From Isurus oxyrinchus (Eukaryota): 64,000 bases of DNA. Positions 35,695 to 49,572 of the stretch are shown here, piece by piece (the first letter of the stretch is position 1; every line of letters begins with the position of its first letter). A program made the position numbers and the translations under genes. Where the stretch lies: contig JANJGN010000001.1 in the NCBI GenBank assembly GCA_026770705.1, forward strand, positions 182,900,001 through 182,964,000, in the 5' to 3' direction. The notes under the pieces are model-generated. The model made no database searches, was not told the DNA's origin, and saw nothing but the letters and a program-made list of their open reading frames with translations.

Positions 35695-38485
35695 GGCCAG
35701 GGTTTTTGGTACTCGCTGGTGTCAGGCGTATTCGATGGCACGAGTGGACGATATGGTGAGCAGGCCAAAAATCAGTTTCATGGCGTCATGAAACCAGTTT
35801 CTGATCGTCCACTCTGCCCGCCATCGGTGGGGACCTCATTGTAATACATCAGCATATGGCCAGCCCGCTGGGCTCATCATCCCCCCGCTGGATCGTCTGC
35901 ACATGTTGGTGGGAAAACACACTGGTGCAGAATACGTCTTCACAAGTGTGACGTGCAAAAGTCAGGACTTACTGCCAGGGCCTGGCTCACATCGTGGATA
36001 TCCGAGAACCAGAAGATGCTGGAGCCCAACAGCAAAGGGTCCTGGAAGAATGTCCATGGCATGCTGGGTGGATTCTCATGGAGATGGCTCAGAAGTTGGG
36101 CAGTCACTGTTGATGGTCTCAATGGATGGTGGTCGAGGGAGTGGGAGAGGAAGGTCTAGAGTCGACTGGGAGAGGAAGGGGGTGTGACAGTCACAGTAGA
36201 AGGGACGGCGAGGGTGGTTGGTGGGTACTCGGAGGCAGACACGGACCTTAGGGGTGGGAAGGAGGAAGTCAGAGAGGTGAATGTGGCTGGGAGTATGTTC
36301 ACCTGGACATCCCCAGAGAAAAAGGGTTGTGGCTGATAGGATACAGAGGGGAGGTGGAAGGTGATGCCGGGGGTGTTAACAGTGATGGGGGAAAGGAAAT
36401 GGGTGACTAGTGGAGGGGAAAGATCAGGGGGGTGGCAGGGAGTGCGCAAAAAACCAAATCCAAACCATGCTGTCCATATCGAAAATGAAACGACAGTTGT
36501 GGTGGGCGAGATCAGGTGCTGCATGGGAGTGTGATCAGTGGGTGGACAGAGATGCAGATCAGCTCAGATGGACAACTGAAAGCAAACCCCAGCAGGCAGC
36601 GTTCAAAATGCTCAGGACACTGAGGTAAGTGTGATACGCGAACCATCCGCGTGCGTGGGAGAGTGCTTGCACGAGGCTCCAAAAGGCCCTACCACATACA
36701 AACTTCTCCCTCCAGAATCAGTTGTGGGCCAGCTGCTCCCTCTGTGGTGATAGAGGATGAGATTGAGGGGGTCACAGGCAAAGGGGACTCCGAGGGAGAG
36801 GACAGTCTCTGAGATCCCCAAGTGGATGACCCAGGGGTGTCCAGCTGCAGCTCCTCCTCCCTTCAGGTGCCCGAGGGCCCCGGCCTAATTCTTTGAGGCG
36901 GAGGAGCTCCTGCAGTGACATTAAGGTGCCCCGTTTCCCTCTCGCATTGCCATTGCAGGAACTCACCCATGGCTTCCTTGATGGAGTGCAGGTCCGTATA
37001 CATCTCTGCATTCTGCTGGATCAGGGTCTCCATGGCATCCTCTATGCTCCCCATGGAGACCTCCATGTGCACATATGGGCATCACTTCATCAGAGTGCAG
37101 GCGGATGCGTTCCTTTGACTCGTGTGCCACTCTGTTGAGGGCTTCCGACAGCTCTGCATGATGTTCCCACGTCTTCAACTGACTCTCCAGGATGTGTTGC
37201 AAGGCCAAATCCAGAGGTTCACCATCTGACTCGGACCTCACTGATGCCTCTTCCCCAGCAGTCCTCCAAGTGCCAGGAAGCTTGGCAGAACCTGCCTCCT
37301 CCTTCTGCGGGTATGTGTCTGTGTGGTGACCACCAGACTGTGAACCCGAGCCTGCTCTAGATCTAGGTCCCACAGTGTCTCTGCACTGGTGGAGAGTGTG
37401 GGTAAGTGCTGTGATGGGTCTTCCAGGCTGCTTATTTCCAGCTCTTCAATGGAGGAGGTGTCCTCTTGGCTGGAGATGAGGACCTAGATGGAGCTGAGGG
37501 CCTGGCTGGCTGAGGATGTTGGACACTTGGCAGAGATCCCTGTGAACCAAAGTAGAAATAATTAGTGCATGGTGGCAGAGTTGAAAGCAGGGGAGAGAGA
37601 GCTCACATTTATATTGACAGAGGCATGATGTGATGCAGGATCCTTATGAAGTATTTGATACCGATCTCACCGTCACCACAGGCATGGTCCATGTCCTCAC
37701 CAGTCAGCACAATGGCACACTCCTCAAAGTGATTGAGGGACCACTCCACCCCCGGTCTGGGACCTCTCCCTGCTTATGTGAGCCAGCTTCTCCTGCATGA
37801 AAAGAGATGGAGAGAGTGTGAACAGGACACATGGCACAGCACGGAATGTTTGTGTGGTGAGCGGCAACGTGGACTGGATAAGGATGCGAGCTCAAAGAGA
37901 ATATGAACCTAATAGAATTGTGAAGGTATATGTGAAAGTTAGCGGTGTTGTCCCTTGAGGTGTGAGATCCTTGTGAATATATAAAGGGTTTGTGAGTGTG
38001 TGAGTTGAGAGTGATGAGAAGAGTGACTTATCCTGGCGGAACAGATGAGACCCTTCATCCTGTAGCGGCACTGGGTGGCTGTCCTCTTTTGCAGGGCATT
38101 GGCGCCAACCACTGCTGCCACTGCCTCCCAAGCCAGATTACTGCCCATCCTGTGGCCAGAGTGGGGGTTGAGGACATCACAGCAAGCCTCCACTGCATCC
38201 AAAAGGCACTCAAGGGACATGTAATTGAACCTGGGGGCTGCAGTCTTTTTAACTTTCGGGGCCATATCTTCTTTGCAGTCATGGGCAGGAAGCACTGAGA
38301 GGTGTGTACACGGCTACACCCGGCATGATGATGTGGCAAGGTGATGGCATGGAGGGCGAATGACAGCCCGCCCGCCATGGAAATGGCATGTTTCCCGGGA
38401 ATGCATAATTAATGAGATAGGTTTGGGACAATACATTTTACCCGCCCCCTACCACACTTAGTGCAAATCTGGGACGATTCAGTCC
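35695..38485 (-). mobile_element. Non-autonomous PIF/Harbinger element retaining only the Myb/SANT gene
   Basis: 3-bp TSD TTG; GG-starting imperfect TIRs; Myb/SANT-like ORF; no DDE transposase seen. Confidence 0.75.
36800..38265 (-). pseudogene. Spliced Myb/SANT-like (MSANTD/NAIF1-like) DNA-binding protein of Harbinger, decayed
   Basis: Exon 1 38265-38032 MAPKVKKTAAPRF...LLDAV...AWEAVAAVV...RTATQCRYRMKGL; donor decayed to AT; acceptors before 37792 (EKLAH...QTGGG) and 37539. Confidence 0.75.
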
Positions 38486-38639
38486 TTGGAGTGGAATAAT
38501 AGGGGAGTTATTTTTACCCCCTCCCCCCACATGGTCAGAACAGCAGTTACCTAGGCTTAAAATTACAGAGCCAGCTGCAACATTCAGTGTTTGCGAGTTG
38601 GTCCCTGTTCTTGCACTCCATCTAAAATTGTATCATTTA

Positions 38640-38990
38640 ATTTATATTGCATCCTCAGTAATCCTTTGAAACTGCATTACTTCACACTTCTCTGCATTAT
38701 GTTTCATCTGTTATGAATCCCTTCATTTGACCAGTGTTTCTACAACCTGGAGCCTGTGACTATCACCCTCACTGGAGACTACATTTTCAAGCCCTGCACC
38801 ATCTGCAAACTTTGAAATTACACCCTATATCCCCAAGTCCAGGTTATCAATGTATACTAATAAGTGTTCCTAATGCTGAACCATGGGGCACAACCCTGTA
38901 CACTCTCTGCCAGGCTGATAAATCACCATAAGCCACCACTCTCTACTTTCTGTCCTTTACCCAGTTTTGTATCCAAATGTTGGTGCCACA
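38640..38990 (-). mobile_element. Highly degenerate CR1-like RT fragment
   Basis: tgttcctaatgctgaaccatggggcacaacc is the reverse complement of a GVPQGSVLGP-like region; atctgcaaacttt corresponds to KFAD. Confidence 0.5.
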
Positions 38991-40424
38991 GTTTTTTCAT
39001 CAAAGTTCATCAAAGGCAGGGCGGAAAACCTCTATGGAAACATCAAAAATGCAAACTACATCCTGTTCATATTTGACAATCTGCATCTGTTTTAAAAAAG
39101 AAACTTGTAAATAACAGAAACTCTTTAGAAAATGGAATAAATATTTCTAATCTCAGGTAAAATTAAATTTTAACTCCATTTCCGTTCAATGCTTTGATAA
39201 CAAACATGGAAACAGATTTCCTATTCCAAATAATATTGGCCCTTACTGGAACTGAACCATTTCAGATGTGGACTTTGTAACAATAGCAAACCACATAAGA
39301 AAGAACAATTTGCCTCTCATTGAATGGGCTTGTTGGAGAGCTGATGCTAGAATGTTCCCATTATCGTGCATCAAAGTGAACCCCATGATACGAGCCAAGC
39401 ACTAATTTTTTTTGAATTACCTATCATCTATTTTATAAAGTCTCCATCACATCTATATAGATTGACCTTTAACAGAAAAGTGTATATGAATTTCCAGAGC
39501 TTTTACAGCTGTGGAAGGAGTAAAGTGACCTGAAATAGACTAAGCCAGCACATGAGATAATGGATATGGTAAGATAAATACAGAGACTGGCAAGAAGGCT
39601 TCAGAAAACTGTCAGTTGTTGTGATAGGAAAGTGCTTCACCTGCTGAAAATACCTCAAGACTGATGTATGTGCTTGTGACAAATGTTATAGCTTTGGAGC
39701 TGTTTCTGTGATATAGCACATCTGCAGATAACCAGTTAAAGCTGAAATGAAGTGCTACACATTCTGTTAAAGTATTAACTTTTTAATTTACACAGGTTCT
39801 GCTTGTAATTTACAGGACTGATTCTAAGATATCAGATCTAGAACCTGTGTGAAAATGCTTCATTTATGGTCTTAATTTCTCTCTTTCAATCCATATGTAG
39901 CAAACCATGTTGTTGATTAATGTGAAGCCATCCATCTGCGGTCCATATCACCATCCTGTGTTACTGATATCTACCTGTATGAACAAAATATTGTTCAACA
40001 AGATGGAAGCTGGAAATTCCATGTTAGCCTGTTCTTGGAATATAAGCTATTTGTGGCTAAACAGTAACATGAGCATGATATACATCACATAGTTTACTGA
40101 TTTCATATGTTGAGTTTATTGACCATTTTTACAACAGAAATGATTTGGGTACAGAATTGCTTTAAATGTGTTGATTCATGACACACTGTATTCATACAAT
40201 TTAAAAAACACTGAGATGATGAATGGTTAATATAGTAATGGAGTTGCTATTCCTAAAATTATAAACAACAATATTTCATTAGCTTGTCTCAGTCATTGCT
40301 AACTATCTCAGTATCATTGTATTGGGAGATCTTTGATCCATTTTTGGTTCAGAGGAAGATAACACATAGAGTGGTCAATTTTCACTTCCCCTACTGTTAA
40401 TGAGGTGTTAAGAGCCTCAAAAGA

Positions 40425-40670
40425 AGCAAGTGCGATGTGAGAAAAAACTTGCACACAACAAGTAATTCAGGTCTGGAATGCCCTGCCTGGAAGTGTGGTG
40501 GAGGCAGGTTCAATTGAGGCATTCAAGAGGACATTAGATCATTATTTGAATAGAAACAATGTGCAAGGGTACAGAGAAAAGGCAGGGCATAATGCTCATT
40601 AGGAGGGCTGGTGCATACATGATGGGCCGAATGGCCTTTTTCTGTGCCATTAAGATCCTATGATTCTGTG
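40425..40670 (+). mobile_element. CR1 3' end fragment
   Basis: gtctggaatgccctgcctgg...gatgggccgaatggcct...ctatgattct. Confidence 0.85.
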
Positions 40671-41374
40671 AAAAGGTGTTTGTCACCTTACTGTCATGTT
40701 AGCACCAACAAACAAGCCAGTGACATTTTCAAAGGGGCCTACCACTGGTTATTTATAGTATCCACCAGTATTAGCCTGTACACCCCTGCTCTGATTGGCT
40801 CCTCAGGCGATGGAATCAAGGAGGTGCAGCCAAGGAGCATTTGGAATTACTTTTGGGTGGCCCAGAAGATCTTTCAGGCCTCACAAAAAATCTGGGCCAG
40901 CCTATCCTGGGACACCTACTTTCTGCAATGGCAGCCTCTATCCTCCACCCTCCCACCTTCCCCCTCCCCCATCCCACAACTCCCACCGTCAGCTTGCTGG
41001 CAGCCAGGCAAGCCCAGTATTGTAGATCATCAATCTGAAAAGATACATCTGTATACCCATTTAGTGCCCTGCACCTTGCCAGCCAATGTTGATGCCATCA
41101 ATGCCTCAAAGTTATGGTCATTGCGAGTATGGACTCCTGGACAACAGACTCTTCTGGTCCGTCATTCACAAGTCAGAATTGACCCCGGAGACAGAGAAAG
41201 GACTGCATTTTCCCCCAGGCCTTGGGATCCCACCTCAGAACCACATGGAGACCAGCTCAGCAATCTTCCCAAAGGCAGCTTCCTAATTGGCCACCTCTGA
41301 ACTTGCCATTCCATCAAAGATGGTGGGCAGTCTCTCGATGCTGTCGGTCCAATCAATACAACTACAGTAACAAC

Positions 41375-42790
41375 TTGACACTGAGTCGCCGAAGGAGATA
41401 GTAGAACAGATAATTAAAGCTTGGTCAGTGACCTGGGTTTTAAGGAATATCTTACAGAAGGAAAGACAGATAGAGAGGTGGCCAGGTTAGTCAAAGGAAT
41501 TCCAGAGTTTGGGCCTTGCCAGTGAAAAGCACGGCCACTAATGATAGAGTAATTAAAATCGACATTGCTCTACAGGGCAGAATTAGAGGAACACATATCT
41601 TGGAATGTCATGGAGCTGGAGGAGATTACAGAGAGAAGAAGGGATTTAAAATAGGATGAGAATTTTAAAATCAAGGCTATGCTTAACCAGGAGCTAAGGC
41701 AGGTCAGTGAGCATGGAGGTGATGAGTGAATAGAACTAAGTTCAAGTTAGGACATGGGCAGCAGTGTTTTGGGTGTTCTCAGGTTTACAGAGGGTCGCAC
41801 CTGCAAGGCCAGCTAGGAATGCATGAGAATAGTCAAACTAAGTGATAGCAAAGGCATAAATGAGGTCTTCAGCTGCAGATGAGCTGAAGGGGGAAATAGG
41901 CAGTCTTACTGCTGGCAGGGAAATGCGGTCAGAAACTGATCTCGGAGTCAAATATGACAACAAGGCTGCAAATCGGTTGTCTCAGACAGTTGCCAAGGAA
42001 AAGGCAGAGAGTGTAGAAAGAAGTTTGAGGACGGAACTGAAGACAATGATCCAGAAATTCTCAGAAGGAGCTAAGTTCCAATGACAGGACCATGTACAGA
42101 TTTGAAGCCCACATAAACAATCTTCCCAGCAGCAGCCTCTTAATTGGCCACTGTTGGGCCTTCAATTAAGGACAGTGGACTGGATCTCCATGCTTCTGGC
42201 CCTATTAGAGGGTGGCAGCTCTGCAGTATTGACAGTGCCACCAAGAGAGGTGGCCGTTGCTGAGGCTATAAGGAGAACAAAGCAGCACCTCCATTTTGAG
42301 GCTCCATGGCATAAGAGTCAGAAAGTCTCTCTCTCTGTTGGGGCCAAGTAAGCAGGTAGGCTCTGCTGAGCAGAGAGGTAGCTCCTCCTGTGGCAACATC
42401 AGGGTTATGGGGCAGCTTTTGCCACTGGTGAGCTCCTTTGCAGACTATGAAACTTCCTGCTTCGATGGCTGCACCCACCAGGGAAGTCATAGCAACGCAG
42501 GGACCACTCGACCCCTGGCAATATACCGGCAGCCTGGAAAGATGGCTCTCAATTGAACCTTTAATTGCTTGAGCCTTTGCCTTTCCCTTCACTGGAAAAA
42601 TGGCCCAGTGGTGGGATCGCATCAAGGAGCCATCTTGATGTGGCACTCCCACATCTTACCAGTCCGTCCGCCTCCTAACCCGCCAACCATGGACCAGTAA
42701 AATCTTGCTCAATGGCTTTGGTTTTCTCAGTATTTGGATGGAGGAAATGTCTCTTCATCCGTTACTTCAGGACAGACAAGTTCTGTGATC
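41375..42790 (-). mobile_element. Old L2-type LINE fragment
   Basis: ttttaaggaatatctta...gaattccagag...gaagacaat|ggctttgg is typical of reverse L2 RT/3' sequence; split by a MITE. Confidence 0.6.
42048..42710. mobile_element. Harbinger-type MITE
   Basis: 3-bp TSD AAT (42045-47, 42711-13); ends gtaaaatcttgctc. Confidence 0.6.
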
Positions 42791-42794
42791 CTAA

Positions 42795-45700
42795 CATACA
42801 AACAGATGAAATTGGTGCAGAAGTAAGCTTTTCGGCCCCTCGAGTCTGCTCCACCATTCAATAAGATCATGGCTGAACTGTTTGAATTTCAAGTTCCACA
42901 TTCCCGCCTACACCTGATAACCTTTGATTCACTCGCCTAACAGGAATCTATCTACCTCTGCCTTAAAAATATTCAATGACCCTGCTACCACTGCCTTCTG
43001 AGGCAGAGAGCTCCAAAGACACACAACTCTCTGAGAAAAAAAAAATTCTCATCATCTCTCTCCCAGTAAGGTGATCCCTAATTTTAAAACAGTGCCCCCT
43101 AGTTCTAGACTCACCCACAAGAGGAAACATCCTTTCCATGTCCACCTTGTCAAGGTTTTTCAGGATCTTATAGACTTCAATCAAATCGCCCTTCGCTCAA
43201 CTAAACTCCAGTGTGTCTAATCTTTCCTCATAAGACAGCCCACTCATTTGGGGTATCAACCTAGTAAACCTCCCTTGTACCACCTCCAACCCATTTACAT
43301 CCTTCCTAAAAAAAGACCAAAACTGCACACAGGTATTTGAGATGTGGACTCACCAATGCCCTGTATAACTGAAGCATAAAATCCTTACTTTTATGTTCAA
43401 TTCCTCTCAGGATAAAGAATATCATTCCATTAGCCTTCTTGATTACATGCTGCATCTGCATAGTAACTTTTTGTGACTCATGCACCCGAACACCTAGATC
43501 TCTCTACACCTCAGAACTCTGCAGTCAATCTCCATTTAAGTAATACTCTGCTTTTTTATTCTTCCTGACAAAGTGAACAGCTTCACATTTTCCCACGTTA
43601 TACTTCATTTGCCAGATTTTTGCCCATTCACTTAACCTATCTATATCTGTCTCCAACTTTCTTAAGTCAGCTTCACAACATACTTTCCTACCTATCTTTG
43701 TGTAATCTGCAAATTTAGCTGCCATGCCTTCTCTCCCCTTGTCTAAGTCACTGATATAAATTGTAAAAAATTGAGGCCCCAGCACAGATCCCTGCGGGAC
43801 TTCACACATCACATCCTGCCAATCAGAAAAAGACCTATTTATGCATACATTCTGTTTTCTGACAGCCAGCCAATCTTCCATCCACACTAATATGTTACCC
43901 CCTAAACCATGAGCTTTTATTTTCTGCAATAATATTTGACGTGACAACTTATCAAATGCCTTCTGGAAATCCAAGAACAGTATGTTGTAGAATTGGAGTC
44001 TGCTCCAGCTGGACTTTATTAAATGTAAAAACCCCAAAGACTCACTTCATGGACATAAACACTGCAAAACAAAATAGGCCAAACCTCAACACGGAGGCAG
44101 GCTGTACTGCAAGCGGTTAATCTTCAAACATGTCAATACGAAAACCAAATCAATACTGTGTAAAGATGAGAGGACATTATCAACAAACATCAACAACAGC
44201 TAAGGAGAAATGGTTCTTATCACATGCACATTACCTTGAGATCCAGAGACAGCACACTGGGATGGGATCCATTGTTTTGTCAGAGAAACAACATTGCGAT
44301 AAATGGGTTATGTGAACCAAGGCAGGAATCAAACTAAAGAGATTAAGGGTGCTAAGCACTGACCATCCAAACAGAATGTGCTCCAGGAAATGTACTTTTA
44401 TACCATAAACAAGATTTGTAATAAAAAGGCCAAGGCTGTGGGATCTGGCACTGCAGTCACTAGGGAGGATCAGGAATGGTCAACCTGATTCATGGACCTA
44501 CAGCTCGCACCGGAATGACCAACCGTGTGGAAAGTTGTAATTGTCAGCCAGGTTCACAGATTTTGTGGCTGAGAATTAAGGATAGCTTTAAGGTTAGTAG
44601 CTAAATCCTGAAAGGGGGTTTGAGTTGGACCGAGTAAGTTTTAGGGCAGAAACGTGGGGTTTTGCCCATGGTTCTACTTTTCAGTGGAGTTTTATAAATG
44701 AGCTTGTGGTTTAGAGTGCTGTGCAGTGTCATTGCACTAGTTTTGAACTCTTGTATTAGGGGCAGTGGAGGCATTCTGTCAATAAATAAATTTGTAGTTG
44801 TGACTAAACCCCTGTGTCCCTGTGAGCTTGTCCTTTATAAAATCCTAGTCAAAAACCAACAGTAAGGGTAAACAAGTGCTGATTGAACCCCTTACGATGT
44901 CTACAGGCTCTCCTTTATCCACAGTGCATGTTACTCCTTCAAATAACTCCAATAAATTGCTTAAACATGATTTCCCTTACATAAAACCATGTTGACTCTT
45001 CCCAATTGCCTTGAGTTTTTCTAAGTGCTCAGCTATAACCTCTTTAATGATCAAATCTAACACCTTCCCCATGACAGACGTCAAGCTAAATTGCTTATAG
45101 TTTCCTGCTTTCTGCCTCCCTCAATTCTTGAATAGAGGGATTATGTTTGCTACTTTCTAGTCTGATGGAACCTTTACAGAATCTAGCAGGTTTTGGAAAA
45201 TTAATACCAACGCATCTACTCCCTGATTAGCCACCTCTTTTAAGACCATAGGATGAAGTCCATCAGGGCCCGGAGACTTGTCAGCCCGAAGCTCATCAGT
45301 TTGCTTAGTACCGCTTCCCTAGTGATTGTAATTTCACCAAGTTTCCCTCTCCTTTCCACCTCTTGATTTACAGCTATTACTGGAATATTTTTTGTGTCTT
45401 CTATAGTGAAGACAGAAGTAAAATATTTGTTCATTTCTTCAACCATTTCCTTATTATCTACTATAACTCCCCATTCTCACTGTCTAGATGACCAACACTC
45501 ACTTTACTTACTCTTTTCCTTTTAAAATACCTGTAGAAACTCTTGCTATCTGTTTTTACATTTCTAGCTAGCTTCCTTTCATATTCTAATTTGTTTCTCC
45601 TGAATAATCTTTTAATCTGCCTTTCTTTAAATTCTGACCTATCATCTAACCTGCCATTCATCTTTGTGCAGTTATATGCTTTTTCCTTAAGTTTGATGCT

Positions 45701-47746
45701 TTCCTTAACTTCTTTAGTTAACCACAGATGGTGGGTCCTCCCCTTAGATTTTTCTTTATAATAGGAATGTACTTATTCTGAGTATTTTGAAATATCCCTT
45801 AAATGCCTACCTCTACTTCTGTTTTGATCTATCCCCTAGCCTAGTATCCCAATTCACTTCATCTAGCTCAGCTTTCATCCCTACATAGTTGCCCTTATTT
45901 AAGTTTAAAATACTATTCTTGGACCCATTCTTCTCCCTTTTAAACTGGGTGTAGAATTTAATCATATTGTGGTTGCTGATACTAGGGTTGCCTTTGATCT
46001 GAGGTCATTAATTTATCCTGTCACATTATACAGTACCAAATTTAATATAACATGTTCTCTGGTTGGTTCCAGAACATGCTGCCCTAAGAAACTATCTCGA
46101 AAGCATTCTAAGAACTCCTCATCCAGACTACTACTATCAATCTGATTTTTCCAGTTTATATGTAGATTACCATCACCCATAATTATTGCCATCCCTTTAT
46201 CATAAGCACCCAATATTTCTTCTTGTATACTTTTTCCTACATTGTGATTACTGTTAGGAGGCCTGTAAACCATTCCCATTAGTGACTTCTTTCCCCTACT
46301 ATTCTTAATTTCCACCCAAACTGATTCTACATCCTGAGCTCCTGAACCAAGATCATCTCTATTGCATGAATGCCATCCTTGATTAACAGTGCTATCCCTC
46401 CACCTTTATGTAGCTACCTATTCTTCTTGAATGTCATATGCCCCTCAATATTCAGGACCCAATTCTTGTCATCCTGCACCCGTGCCTCCATAATGGCTAT
46501 TGGATCATATTTATTTACTTCAATGTCCGTTAACAATTCATTTACTTTGTTATAAATGCTACATGCATTCAAATACAGAGCCTTTAGTTTTGCCTTTTTG
46601 TTATCTTTGTAAAATCTAGTCTTGACTGAAGGTGTATTCTTAGCTTTTTTCTCTCTCCCTGCCCCTTCCTGCGATTCTCTTTCATTTCCCATATTATTAT
46701 TTTGCTCCCCTACCTTGACTCTATCCTGTGACTTATTACATCTACCCAAGCTTGATCCCTCACCTCCACTTGTTCAGTTTAAAGCCCTCTCTACTTCCCT
46801 AGTTATGCAGCTTGTTAGAACACTGGTCCCAGCATGGTTCAAGTGTAAACCGTCCCAATGGTACAGCGCCCACTTTCCACAGTACTGATGCCAGTGCCCC
46901 ACAAACTGGAACCCACTTCTCCCATACCAGTCTTTGAGCCACGCATTCATGTCTCTAATCTGATTTGCCCTGTGCCAATATGCACATGATTCAGGTAATA
47001 TTCCAGAGATTATTATCTTTGAGGTTATGCTTCTTAATTTGGTACCTAGCTCCTCAAACTGACTATGCAGAACATCTTTCCTTGTCCTGCCTATCAGATG
47101 GGCCATAACAACTGGACCCACCCCCTCCCACTGCAAGTCTTCTCCAGCCTTGAGCAATTGTCCCGAACCCTGGCACCGGGCAGGCAACAGAACCTTCTGG
47201 ACTCTTGCTCTTTGTTGCAGAGAACAGTGTCAATCCCCCTCACTGTACTGTCCTCTACTACCATGACATTCTTGTTTGCTCTCCCCACTTGACAGCTTCC
47301 TGCACTATGGCACCATGGCCAGCCTGCTCATCCACCTTGCAGACCTCGCTTTTATCCGCACAGGTTGTGAGCACCTCAGAACTGTTTGACAATTGCAGAA
47401 GCTCCTCCACTACTGTCTGCTCCATCCTATTACCTGCCCGACTCATGGTCACATCCTCCTGTTGCTCACTACTGACCAAAACAGGTGACCCTATTCTAAG
47501 GGGTGTGACCATCTTCTGGAACCAAGTGTCCAGGTATTTCTGTCTCTCTGTTATGCTGGGCAGGGTCTGCAGTTCAGCTTCCAGATCAATAATCCTGATC
47601 CAAAATTCCCCTAGCTGCTTACTCTTTCTGCCGACGTGTTTGCCATGGATCGCCTTGGTGTCTAAAAGCTCCCACATTCCACAGCTCAGTATAACATCTG
47701 TCCTGCCATTGTTACTTATGTTATTTAGTTAACCTAATTTAATTAC
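42795..47746 (-). mobile_element. Near full-length decayed CR1 LINE: ORF1 with SGNH esterase domain, ORF2 APE plus RT
   Basis: ORF1 VVEDSTVRGID...DGLHLN (46774-47677); APE ALYLNACSI, MVYRPPNS, IIMGD; RT LDFQKAFDK, VPQGSVLGP, KFADYTKIG. Confidence 0.95.
43986..44896 (+). mobile_element. Solo LTR (911 bp) inserted in the CR1 RT
   Basis: 4-bp TSD ATGT (43982-85, 44897-900); TGTA...TACG termini; AATAAA at 44781; CR1 frame restored on removal. Confidence 0.8.
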
Positions 47747-48069
47747 TGTTGTATCCTGGTCACTAGTTTAGTTGGACTAATGGACCCATGTTGCAAACTT
47801 GTTTTGGGATGGCTGAGTTGATACCATAGACAGAGTAGATCAGCAGACAGTTCTTATGTAGAACACATTCTATTTATTTACAAAGAAACTCAGCAGTTGC
47901 ACTTGTGCGCTTACAACTCAAACCCTGTCTCTACATTACAGACTCTAACTCTAGACTACTGACTATTGACTACTGATTACTGACTACTAAGGTAGCCCAA
48001 ACTACTCTGCTATTGGATACTAAGATGATGTGATCTTCTTAAAGGTATATTACACATCAGACTACCACA
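47747..48069 (-). repeat. 3' LTR (323 bp) of the Gypsy element
   Basis: TG...CA termini; polypurine tract GGGGAGGAA (minus strand) at 48070-48078. Confidence 0.88.
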
Positions 48070-49572
48070 TTCCTCCCCATTTACTCCGAAATATATTTTA
48101 CAGTTACAATTACAATTTTTCTCAAAATATCAAATTATTTACACAGGTAAGTAATTTACAAATTCAGTCTTTCTGGGGGTTTCCTTACGCATATAGAATG
48201 TTTCAGCTTTACAGCTTCAGATACTTTGTCAGGAACCTTCTTTTCTGATGTTGTTAGAACTTCCGGTTCTTCGGGGGGGTACCTGCAAATCTGTCTCCTC
48301 AACTCTTGCAGGTACAGCCGATCCTTCAGACACATCTGTACTCAGTTGAGTTCTTTCAACAGGAGGCATTGATGCAGCTGCGAACACTGGATGAATCATT
48401 TCCTGATACTTTGTTTCTCACCTTCTTATCGGATCTATATTTGTCTGTACCACTCAGTCTTCCACTTACACAGGGTAAGAAAGAGGTCCAGTCACTGCAC
48501 TTATTTCACCTGATAACCACTTGGGCCCTTCTCCAAAATTGTTCACATTTACCATCTCTCCTACGGTAAACTTTCTGTCACAGCAATGCCAGTCATGTCC
48601 AGTATTCTGACTGTCCTGACTCCTTTCCACCTTCCCTCTTAAATTTGGCATTATTAAGCTCAATCGCATTCTGAGACGGCATTTCATCAACAATTCTATC
48701 GGTGTGACACCTGTTGTCGTATAAGGGGTAGTCATATAATGGAAAAGAAAATTTGGCGGCTTGGTTGCTATGGATTCTACAGTTAATTTCTTCACGCCAG
48801 TTTTGAATATTTGAACCACTCTCTCAGCCAATCCATTCGATGAAGGCTGGTACTATGAAGTTTTTACATGGGTGATACCATTGGGGCTGATAAGCCGTTG
48901 AAACTCAGCACTCATAAATATCAGGCTTTTATCTGTTACAACCGCTTCTGGTAGTCGATTGATGGAGTAACTTTAATGTAGCTTGTCAGTTGTAGGAGGA
49001 GATGTTGGTGACTTTACCTTATATATGTCCATCCATTTTGAGTGAGCATCAACAATAAGGAGAAACATTGTTCCCAAAAAAGGTTCCATATAGTCAATAT
49101 GTAATCGCATCCATGGCCTTCCTGGTCACTCCCAAGGGTGTAACGGAGCTCTTGGAGATAACGTTTGCACCTGCTGACACTGCAGAAAGCTTCTTATTAG
49201 GCTCTCTATTCCTCCATCCATTCCAGGCCACCATAGGTAGCTGTGTGCTATGGCCTTCATTCGGGAAATACCTGGATGCGCACTATGTAATTCACTTATC
49301 AATGACTTTTGTCCTTTTGGAGGGACAATCACTCTAGCTCCCCACAATAAGATACCATCCTGGCTAGTTACCTCATAGCTTCTGTGAAAATACAGTTTTA
49401 TTTTGTCAAATTCCTGTTCTTGTGACCAACCCTGAAAAACTTGTTCTTGTACTTTGGGTAAGACTGGGTCTCAATTTTTCCAAGCTCTGATCTGTCCAGC
49501 ACATACTGGTGATGAATCTAAGAAGTTCGATAATAAAACAAGTTCTTGGGGAACTGGAACATCCTCATCATT

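Larger units (their letters stand above)
33680..38542 (+). mobile_element. Probable solo LTR hosting PLE, MITE and Harbinger insertions
   Basis: With inserts removed, the 3' end (ttacaatcagattggagtggaataataggggag...cagaaca) resembles the LTR end at 28095-28161; AATAAA near 35549; 5' boundary uncertain. Confidence 0.4.

Noticed and set aside
40644-41300. 218-aa ORF
   Set aside because: No recognisable domain; starts in a CR1 tail and crosses MITE-like sequence
3992-44896. Targeting of solo LTRs to CR1 RT regions (two cases)
   Set aside because: Different LTRs and positions; CR1 is abundant, so coincidence suffices
46774-47288. SGNH esterase as a captured host enzyme
   Set aside because: A normal domain of CR1 ORF1
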